Shown in pieces: positions 38,638 to 52,508 of a stretch of 64,000 nt of DNA. A program made the position numbers and the translations under genes. Source of the stretch: Dimorphilus gyrociliatus (Eukaryota; Animalia; Annelida). The notes below the pieces were generated by a model. The model ran no database searches. It was not told the origin of the DNA and saw only the letters and a list, made by a program, of their open reading frames with translations. The stretch covers positions 2,983,404 to 3,047,403 of the forward strand of contig CAJFCJ010000007.1 of the NCBI GenBank assembly GCA_904063045.1, written 5' to 3'. Position 1 is the stretch's first letter, and each line of letters begins with the position of its first letter.

Positions 38638-41468
38638 TTAAGAGAGAACGTATAGTAGGAATAGGGATATGAGACCAAACACTGAAGTTTGTCTTAAAGC
38701 ACTTCCTCCCGAAGGTGGTCGTTGTGTTGTTTGGTCCCAGTTAGGAGTTGTAGATAATTTTTTCGTCCTTGCTTCGAGCCATTTTACAGCTTCGGTCTTG
38801 CCTTTACTTTTCAAATATTCACCGGTCTTCTTTTTGCATTCTTCGTTGTAATTATTTAACCATACTCTCTATTATAGGATTAAAAGCGTATTACAATTAA
38901 TAAATCTCTACTAGATGTCATCAGCTCACCTCATCCTTAGTTAGGTCATCGTAATTGATTAGCTTTGGTTCAAAAGGAACTAAAGTAGCAGCTTCGAATG
39001 TCAAGTAGGTCCTTCCCAGGTAAGTTTCCTATGATATATATGACTTTTAAAATGTTATCAAGGTTAAAAAGAGTATTTTCAAAAGATAAGGCGGATAAGA
39101 GATAAGTCAATCCCACTATCAACAATACTTACAGCTCCTTTCCATTTCGTAACACCAACTATAGATTCTAGTCTCACTCCGTACTTGCCACTCTTGTAAA
39201 ATCCAGGTTCATCAGAAAAGAGCATGTTTGGCACAATATCTCTGGCAGATTGATAATTTAAGTTGGAAGGTCCTAATAATGGATTAGTTATTTCAATAAA
39301 ACTTAGGTCATGCATAGTTTCTGAAATTGATTAGAAATATACCTTCATGAACAGTTAAGAAATAGCTTATTCCATGACCAGTTCCGTGGCCATAACCCCA
39401 GCCTGTCTTCCAAGTAGGTGCTCTTGCGGCCATATCAACTAAATTTGCTATCGGATTTGTAAAATATTTATCTAATTTTGTTTGATAAGAGTTTTGTTAC
39501 TAACTTTTAATTCCCTCTGGCCATACCAAACTTGCCAAACCTATAACACTCTTCAAAACTGTTGTATAAGCGAGTTTCTCATCTGCAGTTGGAGTACCGA
39601 AGTGGAAAGTTCTGGTAACATCGGTGGTACCATCAAGATATTGACCACCGGAGTCCAACAAATAAAGTTCATTTCTTGTAATTCGTCTATCTGTTAATTT
39701 CGTAGGTCTATAATGGTTTATTGCAGCATTGGGTCCAATGGATGAGATAGTTCCGAAACTTATTCCTCTATTCACAGGATCTCTCCTACAAAATGTGACA
39801 AAAAACAGCTGTAAGTTCACTTATTTCTTTGTCCAAATCTACAAAGCTTTTATTTATCTACCTCCTGATACTATCTAGATAGTTAGCTGCCGTTAATTCG
39901 GTCCAATTATCAGCTTTTTTATTAACTATTTGATCTTCAAAAAATGCCATAAATTCAACTAAATGAGCTGAATCTCTAACTTGACACTCAAAGTATCGTC
40001 TATATTCAACGTCATTTTTCACAGCTTTCATCATTTGAATGGCTGAATTTCTTTTGACAGGTGTCTGTTTTAAGTAGAAAATTATACATATTTATTGAAA
40101 TAAAACTATCCATATTATATTACTGTTGCGGCGTCATGAACTCTCAAGTTCACATTACTAGGAAGAATATGACGATCAGGTGTATTTGGAAGATCCGTGA
40201 AAAAGGTTGCATACTCCTTCACCTTTATTTAATAATACTTAATTATAATAACAACATAAAAAGGCTATAATTTATCGATTTCAACAATTATAACTACCTT
40301 TATGCAATCTTGTTGATTAGGTGGGCATTGTCCTTGATTGTCACACTTTAAGTGCTCTTTTAAATTATTTTTACCCAATTTAGCTGCAAAATTTTTCAAA
40401 TACAAAGTTGGATTTCTGAAAATACCAAAAAAATAATTACTAACACATTGTTTCTCATATTTATACTTATACTTTGCGGGATCTTTTGGTATAAGTGCAA
40501 AAGAATAGAACAAAGGGCTTGTCAATAATCCATTTAGATCATCTCCCCGAATATTAAATGACCCTGTTTAAAATAAAATATTAAGTTCGAAGAAGAGATG
40601 AAAAAAGAGATTTTTTCTCACATGCAATCTCTGGTAAATCAGTTATTATTCTTACATCTCCTGCATTAATGCTGTTTCTTATTCTGCTTATTTTATCAGT
40701 ATGATTTTGTCCAGTATACTCGTAAGTATGAATAAAAATATCATTGTCTGGAAGTGGAGGTCTTTGTGTCCAATTTCTTGCAACAAGATCGTCTGTAACT
40801 TTACGGACGTCTCTATCTTGCAAGTTGTCAGTGTAAGCCTGGAAACTGCTATGTGTGGTCGATGCATCTAGTAAACCAACGGAATCTGCAATATTTGTTT
40901 CAGATAGTATCCATGAGTATGGAGTTGGATATCCTGGAACTCCGCTTTTTAAAAGAATCCAATTGCAATCCATTTCATCATCAGCTTGTTCAAAATATCT
41001 ACTATCGGTACTAAGAACGGCCTTGTCGTCAGTAACAATAGCAAAACCGCTCGAACCACTAAAGCCACTAATTCTCTTAACTCTCATATTATGAGCTCCA
41101 GAATTAAGATTTTCATCGGAATTTGTTATGATATAAACACTTAGACCTTCTTTTTTCATTTCATCCCTAAGTACTTTCAAAACAACAGTTGTATTTACAC
41201 GATTTGGAGGTCTGTTATTATCCTTTTAAAGAAAAAAAGTGATCAGATATCTGTCATATTCACCGTAAAAATTATGAAACACTTACTTCTGGACATTTTG
41301 TACGATTATTTGGAGTTAAATTAGAAAGCGGAGAAATGGTAGCATTAGCCGCTATATTAAAGAAAATAAATATATATATATATATATTAAAAGGTCATTA
41401 TTTAAAAATTAGTAAAATATACCAAGAAATACGGAAAAGGCGACAAAGAGAACAATTTTGCTCTTCAT
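38638..41468 (-). CDS. XPNPEP2: Xaa-Pro aminopeptidase (M24B), secreted/GPI-anchored XPNPEP2 type
   Basis: Signal peptide [15 protein letters not shown]. Motifs: [14 protein letters not shown]...[43 protein letters not shown] and GVRLE. Hydrophobic GPI-type tail [21 protein letters not shown]. Confidence 0.9.
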
Positions 41469-43581
41469 CGTTCAAGGAGAAGTATCCCTATGAGACGTGA
41501 ACAAGATGTAAAAACGAATAGGTAGGGGAGTACTTGATTGGCTCTCGAAAATTACATTTTCGTTGTTTAACTTATCAGTAATAATCTGTTAAAATATTGC
41601 TAATCTCATATATCTTAACAGACAATCAGTTAAAGCATAATCTCCTCCAATTGGTAACCTTTGGGATTATATATATATTAATATATTAGTATTATAGTGT
41701 GTGTGTATATATGATATACAGTCGATAAAACCTTTCCCAAACTCGCATCTCCTCTTTAACAAACAATTAGGTGCAACTACCAAACTTTTATTCAAATTTA
41801 TTCAAAGATAAGAGAAATTCTAGTATAGTTTTATATTTAATTAAACAAGACCATTATGATACTTTAGAGTGTATTTATCAAAGTGTTTATTGACTTTATA
41901 TAATTAAAATATTGAATAAATTAAATATTATAAAAGAATATATCATTATATATTTTATATAGATTATATGTACAGTATATAATTTATTACTACTTATATT
42001 CACATAACAGCCATAACACTAAATATGTTACTTTGATTAAATGATAATAATAAAATATAACGTAACGTTGTATACGTGATAAGAAAATACTCTCTCCTTA
42101 TATCATTTTCCTGCCTTTTATCTCATGTAGAATGTCTTTTCATCTTTATTTTTTAATCTTGTTTCTTTTTTAATTAGCCTAAACTAGTCATCCTCATATT
42201 ATTCATCCATACATTTGTAGACTCTTTGAAGATTGTAATAACTTTTCAATTCTCAGAGAGCCTAAACTCTTCATATCTTATAAAGTTAACATTCTTTTCT
42301 AAAACGGACACCTCATTTGTTTATACATCTTTGCTAAATATTAAAAAATCTTTTGGCCTATATTAGTTTTTATAGCCTTATATAAGCATTGTATAATATA
42401 TATTAGTGTCACTGTGACAACTAAGATATATAAATAATTTGCATATTGATGTCAATCATGTATAAATAGAATACATTTAAAAATAAATACTATATTGCTT
42501 AATCAAGTACAAGATATATTTAAACACAACTATTCTTTAATGTAGTATTGAAACGATTTTCCCAGTTATAGGCCAAGATAATTAAAATTCTTCTTGCGCT
42601 CTAACTATTACTTAAATTCTAATTTATCTAATCTAATAGTAGCGTAATAACAAAGTTTTTGAATAAAAGGATGAGTAACGAATTCCTCTTTCTTCAAAAG
42701 GTTGTTGACCATTATATCCATCTATGCGTCTTAACTTATCCAACTAGAAACCAATTAGTTTATTGATGCTCTCTCATATAGATTTAATATTAATGATTTT
42801 GTTAAATATTTTCTTAATATTCCATTAAGCTGTTTTATAAACAATTTACTTTTAGACTACCTGAAGCAGTTAAATCAATTAATTTAATCTCTGTTCCTAA
42901 CTGTAAACAAATCTTATTTTAATTTGTTCTTACTAAACTTAGGTCATATTTTATTACATGACTATTACAATATTGAAAAAATAGAAAGGGAGAAACGAAA
43001 GAAAAAACAAACAAAAATAAATTAATTCTTTAACAAACACTACAAACAGTACAAACATTAAATAACCTATTTTTTTTAAAAAAATGCAATAAATACTACA
43101 TTTGCATAATAATATATGCAATTAAGTTTTTATTATCTTCATCTATGATTCATTCTACGTTCAATAGCAAATTACACATTCATTTCTTATCCTAAATATT
43201 TGAAATATTTTTACATCTATTCACTTTTCACAATTTTCGTAATTTAATATTTAAAAAAATATCATCTTTATTAAATATTTCAAATAGTTTAACATATAGT
43301 TTAGAATCTATTCGTTCTTTATCTCTCTATCAATCTCTCTATCTATCTATCTATCTTTATATTTCTTCTCCCTTTTATTAAAAATCTTTAGATTTTTTAT
43401 AACATAAGTACAACGAAATTGGGCAGAGAGGGAAAGTGATTTATGATATTTTTTTTCTTTATTCCTTTCTCCTTCGTCTATTCTAGAGAAAAAACAATTT
43501 TAAAGTAATAAAAACTAAGGGAAAGTGAAGTAGAAATGAGCGGAAATTTCTTCCTGTTTTCAAACTAGAATTCTTTTAAAA

Positions 43582-43591
43582 CGCCATCTTG
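43582..43591. promoter_or_regulatory. YY1 consensus site upstream of the orphan membrane protein
   Basis: CGCCATCTTG (= CAAGATGGCG), about 180 nt upstream of the ATG. Confidence 0.35.
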
Positions 43592-43768
43592 CGATAAAAT
43601 CATTTTTAGATATGTAATATATATATTTTAAACTAGTTAATTAGTTTTTTTTAAATAATAAATGCAGTTTTTTATATATATTTATATATAAATATGTATA
43701 TTTATACATATATATCTATGTATGTATATATACAAATATTATCTTCTTAATTAACTAAGAAAGGATAG

Positions 43769-45422
43769 ATGAGTAAAAGAATGACAAACACGATGATAGA
43801 TAATAAATTAATTGTATTACTGATAATAGCTATTTGCGAATGTGAAAAGGTTGTACGTATTTGTAATAATGAAAATATTGAAAAATATAAACTTAACGAA
43901 TATCTTGATCATTTGGAATTAATTAATTGTTATTATCACAACATTAAATTAAAGCCTATTTATGGAAAAATTAACTATTTGACATTAAATCAAACATTTA
44001 ATTTCCCAGATTATTATTTTAATAATACTATTTATAGAGTAAATCATTATTTCTGTCCGAATGATAGTAATCGTACCGTTATTTTATATAATCAAGAAGA
44101 AAAAGATAGAAAGGTTGTAATTCAAACCCTATCTTTTGATCTATTAAAGGGATGTTCAACATTTAATACTGTTCATGTTATTCTTCAATCAATACCGTTT
44201 ATCGTTAAAGATACAATCGATTGCGGTAAAAATATCGTATTAAAATATTCCTTGAAAAATTCCAAAAGACTTCCAAGGTCGAGAGAACTAAACAGCTGCC
44301 CTCAAGAATTAATTGAACAGGTTAGCAAGAAACCTCTACGTGTTTCACTGGTCTCGAAGAATCGTTATGTTCAGCGTAAAGTGAATAATTTTAAAGACAC
44401 TGTTAGTAAATAATTAACAATAAACCTATTCTATTAATAGTCAATTCTTCTCTAAGAATATACATATCTTTTAATAAATATGTAGGAGGAGGAAACTAGT
44501 CCTATACGACCTGCTATCAACGAATCTCTATTATTAACAGCTTTAGTAATAAATACTTTGGTTTTGATATCATTATGCCTTGGTTTTACTTGTTGCGCAA
44601 CAATCCACGTCCTATCGAATAGGAATTATGAGAAAAGGGAGGAAGAGTTAGTGAATGAAAGTACAAATGCGACTACCGCTCAAATTGATTTCTTAGTCAA
44701 GGCCCTTTCTCAACAGCAAAAGCACTTGTTAGGTAAATTGTTTAAACCCTCAAATTCTCCAAAATTACGTAAAATTGTCAACTCTTACGTAAATTATAGT
44801 CAAGCGTCTACTACCTTCATTTCTATTTATTTTATTCTTATGAACCAATTACAAACTACTCATCTAGTATAATATTGTTTGTTTAGCTAACATCATTAGT
44901 ACAGTTAAAGTTTATTCTGGTCCTTTCGTCTTTTGCATGTTTGTAGTATTATGAAATCTCATTTTTTAGATAAGAGAATTCTAGACGCTTTATTAAAGCT
45001 ATTAAAGCTTAATATATGTATATATATCAACTATAGGTAAACGGCAAAGCGAATTTGAAGTTGGACCAAGACGAAGTAATAAGCCTAAGCCTAAATTAAC
45101 CAACTCTAACAAAAGAGACGACACTTTCTGTTCATTTAAAGATGACGTTATCTTTTATCAGAAATCAGAGAAAAAGGAAAATGACAGGCAAGACTCTCAA
45201 AACCAAGGTCTAGACTATTACGACGAAGTAGTACAAAAGATTCATTACCCAGTCGATTCGGATATAAAAGCGAACCAACATTTTATCGAAAGGGATTCAA
45301 ACTCTAAAAGAGATTCGATAGTGAACAAGAAAAATCTCCGTGAACAACAAAAGAAGTGGCCAAGAACTAAAGGTTTAGACGCAATTTGGAGGCAGATGAA
45401 GAGGACTTCATTTCTAAAATAG
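43769..45422 (+). CDS. Orphan single-pass (type I) membrane protein
   Basis: Exon 1 ORF has a signal-like LIVLLIIAIC. Exon 2 (from about 44486) carries the TM LLLTALVINTLVLISLCLGFTCC. Donor 44733 joins in phase 1 to acceptor 45036, giving a 128-codon cytoplasmic exon that ends at TAG 45420-45422. Confidence 0.65.
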
Positions 45423-45803
45423 ATTAAATGTTTCTCTATTACTTTTATTATTATTGTTTCCTACTCTTTATCCTCTTCGTCTTCCGTCTAAAATCAAGAA
45501 CTTTATTTTTCAACAATAACAGCAACAAAAAAAAAACACTTAAAAGCTTTTTGTAAGCTTCTTTTTCTTTTTTAAATAATAACAAAGAATAACATAAAAT
45601 ACAAAAATTAATCTGGTAATTTAAAGAGTTACTATAATTATCAATTTAACTCGGATTAACGATTATTGATTTATTCTTTTTAACAATTAATCCAACTTTA
45701 TTACTAAAAACGCCATCTATACAGCTAAAAGTGCAAAAAAGTGCTACGAAAAGTTTTAAACCCCAGTCCAAACACGTTTAAAGTTAATCAATACAGCCGA
45801 AAA

Positions 45804-46411
45804 ATGGTTGACTCACTACCAACAGTTAGAGATACTGAAGAATTAATTACGATTGAGCAAATATTAGACAAGAGAAGAAAAGCTCTGGGAGAGAAGGAAC
45901 TTTGGAGTGTATTAAATGAATGTCTTACTGCTGTAGACGACGCTTTAGCGGCTAATTCAAAGGAATTTATAAAATTTTCAATATCTCCCGACACCGTTGG
46001 AATTAATACGAAAAATGGTAAAATACAATTTGTCAAAAGTTCTAAGGAAATTGACGATCTTTATACCGCACCCGAAGTTCCTCTCAACGCTTCTAGTCAA
46101 GTATTTTCTATTGGTATTGTTCTACTTTATTGCGCTTCATACGGAATCAAAGCAAGCGATGAATTACCGGAAGTCGCTGTTGACTTTTTAGGCATAATCG
46201 AATCAATGACAAGAAACGATTACGCTTCTCGTATGAAGTTAACAGAGGCTCTAAAAATAGTAGAAGAGAGATGTTTAATTCCATCAAATTTAGTTTGTAA
46301 GAAAATGGTTTCAGAATGGAAAACTTTCGAGGTAATATTACTTTTTATTCATGAATATTAATGAGCGTTTTTTTTATGTGTCGATCCTTATCAGTGTATG
46401 ATATCTTTTAA

Positions 46412-46451
<40 letters not shown>

Positions 46452-49400
46452 ACGCACGAACACACACACACATATATATACACATACTTACACCTACACA
46501 GTGTATATTTCTTATAGAATTTTTATTAAACTAATTATTGACCTAGTTTAAAGTTTATCAAATTCTTTCGACTACTTTTTTTTCTACATCACAGAATTTA
46601 TCATGTTATTCTTAGAGATTATCTTTCTTTTCAAAAAAGAAAACTGAAAAATGACACATAATTAATTTTTATAGTAAATATTTTTCCTTCTTTTTATCTT
46701 CTCATTGAAGTATTCCGTATATATAGTATTACAGTTAAAAAGAAATAAAAGTACGTAATATAGGCCTAGAATTAATCCTTGAATCATTTTACTATAAACA
46801 ATAAATTCGTATTAGTATAGCCGATGTTATTTTTTTTGTTTATATATTTTTTGTTCTGTTCTAGAGTTCAAACTTTTAACGATCACACGATTGTTGTATG
46901 GGCATTTTTTATTACTTTTTTACTTTATTATAGGATGAAAGCGATTGCTTTTTGGAACGGGAGGTGTCGCTTATGTATACCACTGATGACGACCAACAGA
47001 TGGCGTTTAAATGGAAGATACAAAGGAAATTTCAATGCAAACCAGTCGAAGAACGATCAGACAGTGATAAGGACGATATTGTAAACGTGCCTTATCCTGA
47101 TATGGATAAGAGCGTTAGTTTGCAAGTCGTTTTAGAAAAAATAGGCTGTGGTTTAGAAGAGAGAGAACTTTGGGCAGTTTGTCATCAAGTTTGTAAATGC
47201 CTCGAAGAGGTTGAACAAATACGTAAGTATTTTTAACAATTGTTTTTATTATCATAAATACCTATCATATTTTTCATATAAAACATGACCTAGTTTCTCT
47301 TATTTTTCAATAGCTACCTACCTGAGCACAGAAACAGTTTTATTAAACGAAGAGGGCCGAGCGTCTTTTTTATTAAAAGAAAAACAAAATGTTGATCCTA
47401 TTTTCCTCGCTCCTGAGGTGACATCCCAAACTAAAGATCCTATAAAGACATGCCTCTTTTCCTTAGGGATTTTACTCTTTCAATGTGCCGACTTTAGGTT
47501 GCCCGCCAGCCGAAGTCCGGGTTTAAGCCCAAAAATTGAGGCCCTAATCGATGCCCTAGCCGACGACGAAGTATTAAATAGACCAGATTTAAAAATAGTT
47601 CTCGAAGAATGCGAAAAATCTTGCGCAGAAGAAGGACTTAATCCCAGTGATTTATGCTCCAATCTGGCTAAAGACGCACAAGTATTAGTTGAATGCCAAA
47701 GAGGAAAGGTAGAAGAGGATAAAAATCCAATATGGAGAAAAATCATGGACGAAATACAATCAGGAGTTGAATTGAAGCCAAAAGAGGAGAGAAAAATTCA
47801 ACTAAAAGAGATAAAAGAAGTTCACACGGCTAGAGATCTGCTTTTACAAGGTACTTGTGAATTTAATTTTTATAGACTATCATATAAAAAGTTAGTAATT
47901 ATTTACTCAATGCTGTTAAAATACTAAAAGTGTGTTGTTTATCCTTAACAAGTAACTTTTTTATGTCCGACTCCCCCTCAAACTTAAACCTACCCCCGCG
48001 TCTTTCCCGTTCGTCTAACCTCCTAAAAAGAGGAAAATAATTAAAAGGGGAAATGTTATAAGACTTATTTTCCAGTGTTTACTTAGTCCATATAATTTTA
48101 GGGAATTTAAACTAATTAAACTAATTGTTAGCCTTTGGAATCCATTTGTCAAACTTAACAAAACCTTTGTGAAAATTGTCACTCGTCAAGGTGGGTAATT
48201 AGCCGCCGGAGAAGGAAAGGTCGCAGATTCCAAATAAACTCAATTATTTATAAATTCTATACAAAATTTCTAATTCATTTCATCTTTAGTTATTCAATTT
48301 CCCTATACTAAACGGAATGTTTTGTAATTATACGACTATAACAACTGAAAACCGTATGAAATTATTACAAGAATGTTATCACGAGCTGGACACGAGTAAC
48401 ATCAGGTGATTTGTAAACATCCATTATGTTAGCCTATCTTGAACCAGTTTCTTTTGTCATAAAATTCTCATAGTAGGAGGGGGGTATTGTCCTTTTTTTT
48501 TACTATTTCTAGTATAACCGGAAACGGAAATTTATAAAAAAGTTCTTTCTTGATAAGATCAATTGTTTAAACCGTTGTTAGGTCTTTTCAAACTAATGCT
48601 TAAATTATACCCTTAATTGCATATTGTAGACAACTCATTCCTTTCATTGTTCATTTTACAATCGATTTTTATTAGGTATAAGAAGAGGTAAGAAACTCAG
48701 ACGGTGCTCTAAGCCGAAAATTGCCGACTTTAGAGATTGGTTAACAAAGGAAGATATGGAAAGGTTAAAGAAATTTAACAACATCTCAAAAGAATCTGAC
48801 AAAAAAATAAAAGAAGTTAGAGCAATAAAAGAATCAATCAAAACTCCATCAGTGCCCGCCTTTTTCCCGTTCGAGGGGTTGTCTCCAAAATGGGCCCTTA
48901 TCCCTATTGAACATTTGGAACCTCGCCCTAATAAAAAGTTGCATAGAACGAAATCTGACCTAACAATAAGAAAACGACCCGGAACACCCCCCCCAGATCT
49001 CAGGCAGACTGTTAGACAGGTATAATTTTAGTATTATTTGCAACAATCTCAAGGGTTAATTCGAGGTTCTTTGGGTAAGGTTTTTTTTTAAGCGTTTGAT
49101 ACTTCTCTCAAAAATAAGGTCCAATTCCCAGTGTAAACCTCAAATCCTTTTACTTTTGTCGTAAGTTCATTGTTATAAGTACTCCCATTGTCAATTGGAA
49201 AAACCCTTTACTTTGAGGTCGCTTATTTAAAAATAAGCCTATCCCCACCTCTGTCTACTTCTCTCACGTTATAATATTTTTACTACTGATCGTACTATTA
49301 TTATTACTATTGGGACTAGTTTAATATGATTATTATTAAATAGTACTTATATTTATTACTATTGTTTGTACTATTAACTCTGATTGATATTTATATTTTG

Positions 49401-52400
49401 CGATATTTTATTTAGGTTAAAGCCAAAAGTGCCTTTAAGAAGGTTCATTCGCCACCTCCTTTGCCACTTTCGCCAGTTAATACTGACTCTGGTATCAGTG
49501 GGACATCTTATCTCTTGGATAAACTTTTGGGCGGAGAAAGTGCCAAGAGGCAGAAGAAAGTTACTGGAGTTGTTCGAATTTTAAGGGAAGAGTTTAGTTG
49601 GGATACTTTCATTGATAGTACAATAGAAGAGGCGAATATGGCTGAAGATATCGTTAATCTGGCGGGATTGTCTAGAAAAACGTTTGGTTCGGCTGTAGAA
49701 GAAAAATGGTCTGACTTTGCATGGTCCGACCAATTGTTAAACTCCCTTTACCGTTTCGTTTCGGAAGACGACGATGAGTCAAAAATGTCAATAAAATCAG
49801 TTGAATACTCGGGTCGAAGCACTCCCCGAAATCAGGGTTAGTAAACACGTATTTCCGCTTCTCGTTTAACTTAAAAGAAAATAAGTTATTGTTCAAAGTT
49901 TACCAAAGTTAAACATTAATAATAAACTAAGTACAGTGTTTGTAGAGCGATAATATAAGAATAACAAAATTCACACCAAAAGTGATATTTTCTTTCAACT
50001 TCAAAGAATGGAAAAGAGTGACAATAGGATAGATCTTTTTTGAAAATAGTATATAAAATATAGCATCAAATTTCATAACCTATATATTTAAATATCAGAT
50101 TTTGAAACTATATCTTATACGTTTACAAAGAGAACGTTAAACTATTTCTTGAAATGTTCAAAAATGCTTTTATTACCTTCTTCAACGATTGTAAAACTAG
50201 GCGTTTATATATCTACTCTTTACAGCTATTTACAATAACATTTCGTGTCGTATTTCCAACAGGACTTCAAGGTCATTCAACACCCTATGGCGAAATTTTT
50301 CCGCATAGAAATTCACTAATTAATCGTAGTCTATCAATTCATAATGAGAATTTTAATAGACCTTTCATTTGTAATATTCAATTGGATGATGATCATTCCT
50401 CATCGAAAACTAGTCGTGTTCAATCACCTAAACTAAAAAAGTCGAATAATTTATCACATAGTCTGTTAAATATACAAGACCTAAAAAGTGGTCAAGGACA
50501 AATGATAACTGTTTTTGACGATACCGAAAAGGTTGAGCGAGTACGAAGTGAAACCATGCAGCCGAATAGAAATGTTGTTGATCGAAATAGAATGTTGCAA
50601 GGTCGAGATTTAACTTTTCGTAGAACGGAAATCAATAGAGCTCAATCGTTATACGACGTTAGAGAACCAAAGAAAATCATCTGTGGTCCGGTTGCTAGAT
50701 ACACAACCGAGTCTGGTGATGATATGTCCGAGAGCGAAAAGAAACTTTACATAAGGCGAGCCTCCTCTGAAATTCAGACTACAAAATCCTACTCGAACAT
50801 AGAAACTGGCAGATGTTCTCTCTATCCGAAACGTTTTCCTCCTAGGGAAATAATATATTTTAGTAAAGACAATTCTAATTTCGTTATTGAAAATAAAAGG
50901 ACAATATCCGATTTGGATCAACAGATATTCATAAGAGAAAGAGAGAGGAGAACCGCGGCTAGGCATGCTCGCAAGCTAATTGATATTGGTGGCCGAGGTC
51001 AATTAACTACAAGAATACTAGACCAACTAAGATCTCTAACCGAAGATGTTCAACATCTTAAAAAAGAAAAGCAACGAATACTAGCCGCTCAATTTGACGA
51101 CCAAGCGTTAGATAGCTGCTATTTATACGCTTTGGCTCATTTACAGAGTGACAGCGAATTCCGCTTGATTAATTGCCATAATGCTTTCATTCAGAACGGC
51201 CCTGATGATGAATTCTTTGCTGGTGATCCCGAAGGTTTCCTGGCTCAATTATATGGAAAGGGTGTATTTTCTAACGATTTTGTTCGAGTATTTTTCATAA
51301 CCTATCGCTATATAATGTCAAGAGAGGTTTTAGCCGATTTCTTATTATCCAAACTGAAATGTTTTGAAGACGCTGAACTGACGGATGAAGTTGATATGCT
51401 AAAAACCAGAACAGCTTTTCTTATTGCCGTATGGACGGGTTTGTTTAGGGAGTGTGATTTTGGCGTTGATGACTATGGAGAAAGATTTAATGCGCGTCTA
51501 TTGGGTACAATTGACAATAATTCCAACTACGATTGGCTAGAAGTTAGAGAGAATAAAGAGAGAAATCTGGAATCGGATTCTGAGGATGAATTCGATATGC
51601 TTTGTACGGCTCATCAAAATTTCAAGGTCAAGATCAAAAAACCCTTACCAGAAGGTGATTGGTCTCTATCTGAAATTGATCCTGACCGTTTGGCTGAACA
51701 GCTAACTCTATTGGAGAAAGAACTTTTCGATGTTTTACATCCAATAAATGTCCTTAATTCAAAAGGTCAAGGAATTGATATAACTCTTTTCACTAAAGTT
51801 CTCATTGATAGAGCTAGCAACGTGAGAAGATCGTTGAAAAATCGTCGTACGGAATCTGAAGAATCCTTATTCGTTGGAACTTACGCTTTTGACGATCGCT
51901 TGGCTGATGTGGTACAAAGAAGTTGCGATATCACACATTGGGCAGTCGCAGAAATTTTAAGATCAAATTCCAGAAGAAAGAATCTTATTCAAGTAATACT
52001 TACGGCAGAAAAATGCTGGAATTTATGCAACTATTCAACATGTTCATCACTTATCGATGCATTGGACATGGTTCTCATCAGAACTTTAGATTGTTGGAAA
52101 AGTTTACCAAGTAACATTGACAAAATAGTCAAGAAATTAAATAATTATAAACTACTAATGCAAACGAATCCAGTTCCAAAAACGGATAAACCGTATCTAC
52201 CTCCAATAGCCTATTTACTAATACATATTCAAAAGGCTGAATCGGGTAATTTCAAACTGGCGAATGGAATGTTCAAATACTCAAAGTTAAGGACAATTGC
52301 TGATTTAGCTGACCTAGTTAGAAGAAGAGGTTCATATCATACAAAATTAAATAGCGATCTAAACTTACAAAGAATACTACGAAGAAGAATAACTCAACTA

Positions 52401-52508
52401 TCAAGAGCAGATTTACAAGCATTAGCAGCCGTGGCCCATAAGACACCAGCTAATAGTGGAAAATTGAATTTCTTTTCTCAATTTGCAAAGAAATTTCTTA
52501 ATAATTAA
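45804..52508 (+). CDS. KNDC1: Very-KIND / KNDC1: KIND1, KIND2, WH2-like pair, REM (RasGEF_N), CDC25 RasGEF
   Basis: KIND starts ITIEQILDKRRKALGEKELWSVL and VSLQVVLEKIGCGLEERELWAVC, with IFLAPEV. REM region FFITYRYIM. RasGEF LAEQLTLLEKELF..LHPINVLNSKGQG...NYSTC. Exons 45804-46331, 46934-47222, 47313-47850, 48676-49020, 49416-49837 and 50264-52508. Confidence 0.9.
46412..46480. repeat. (CA)n microsatellite in KNDC1 intron 1
   Basis: Direct reading. Confidence 0.95.

Noticed and set aside
42608-42721. Minus-strand 37-codon stretch MDIMVNNLLKKEEFVTHPFIQKL..., faintly like the TRP-channel FVAHP..Q motif
   Set aside because: The flanking frame has stops at about the rate expected for random AT-rich DNA and there is no supporting exon chain. 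A tBLASTn or HMM hit would be needed to call a pseudogene.
48300-48410. Possible internal first exon in the long KNDC1 intron (ATG 48356, donor CAG|GTGATT at 48406)
   Set aside because: It ends in phase 2 while the next acceptor needs phase 1. It could only be non-coding, and I have no transcript evidence.
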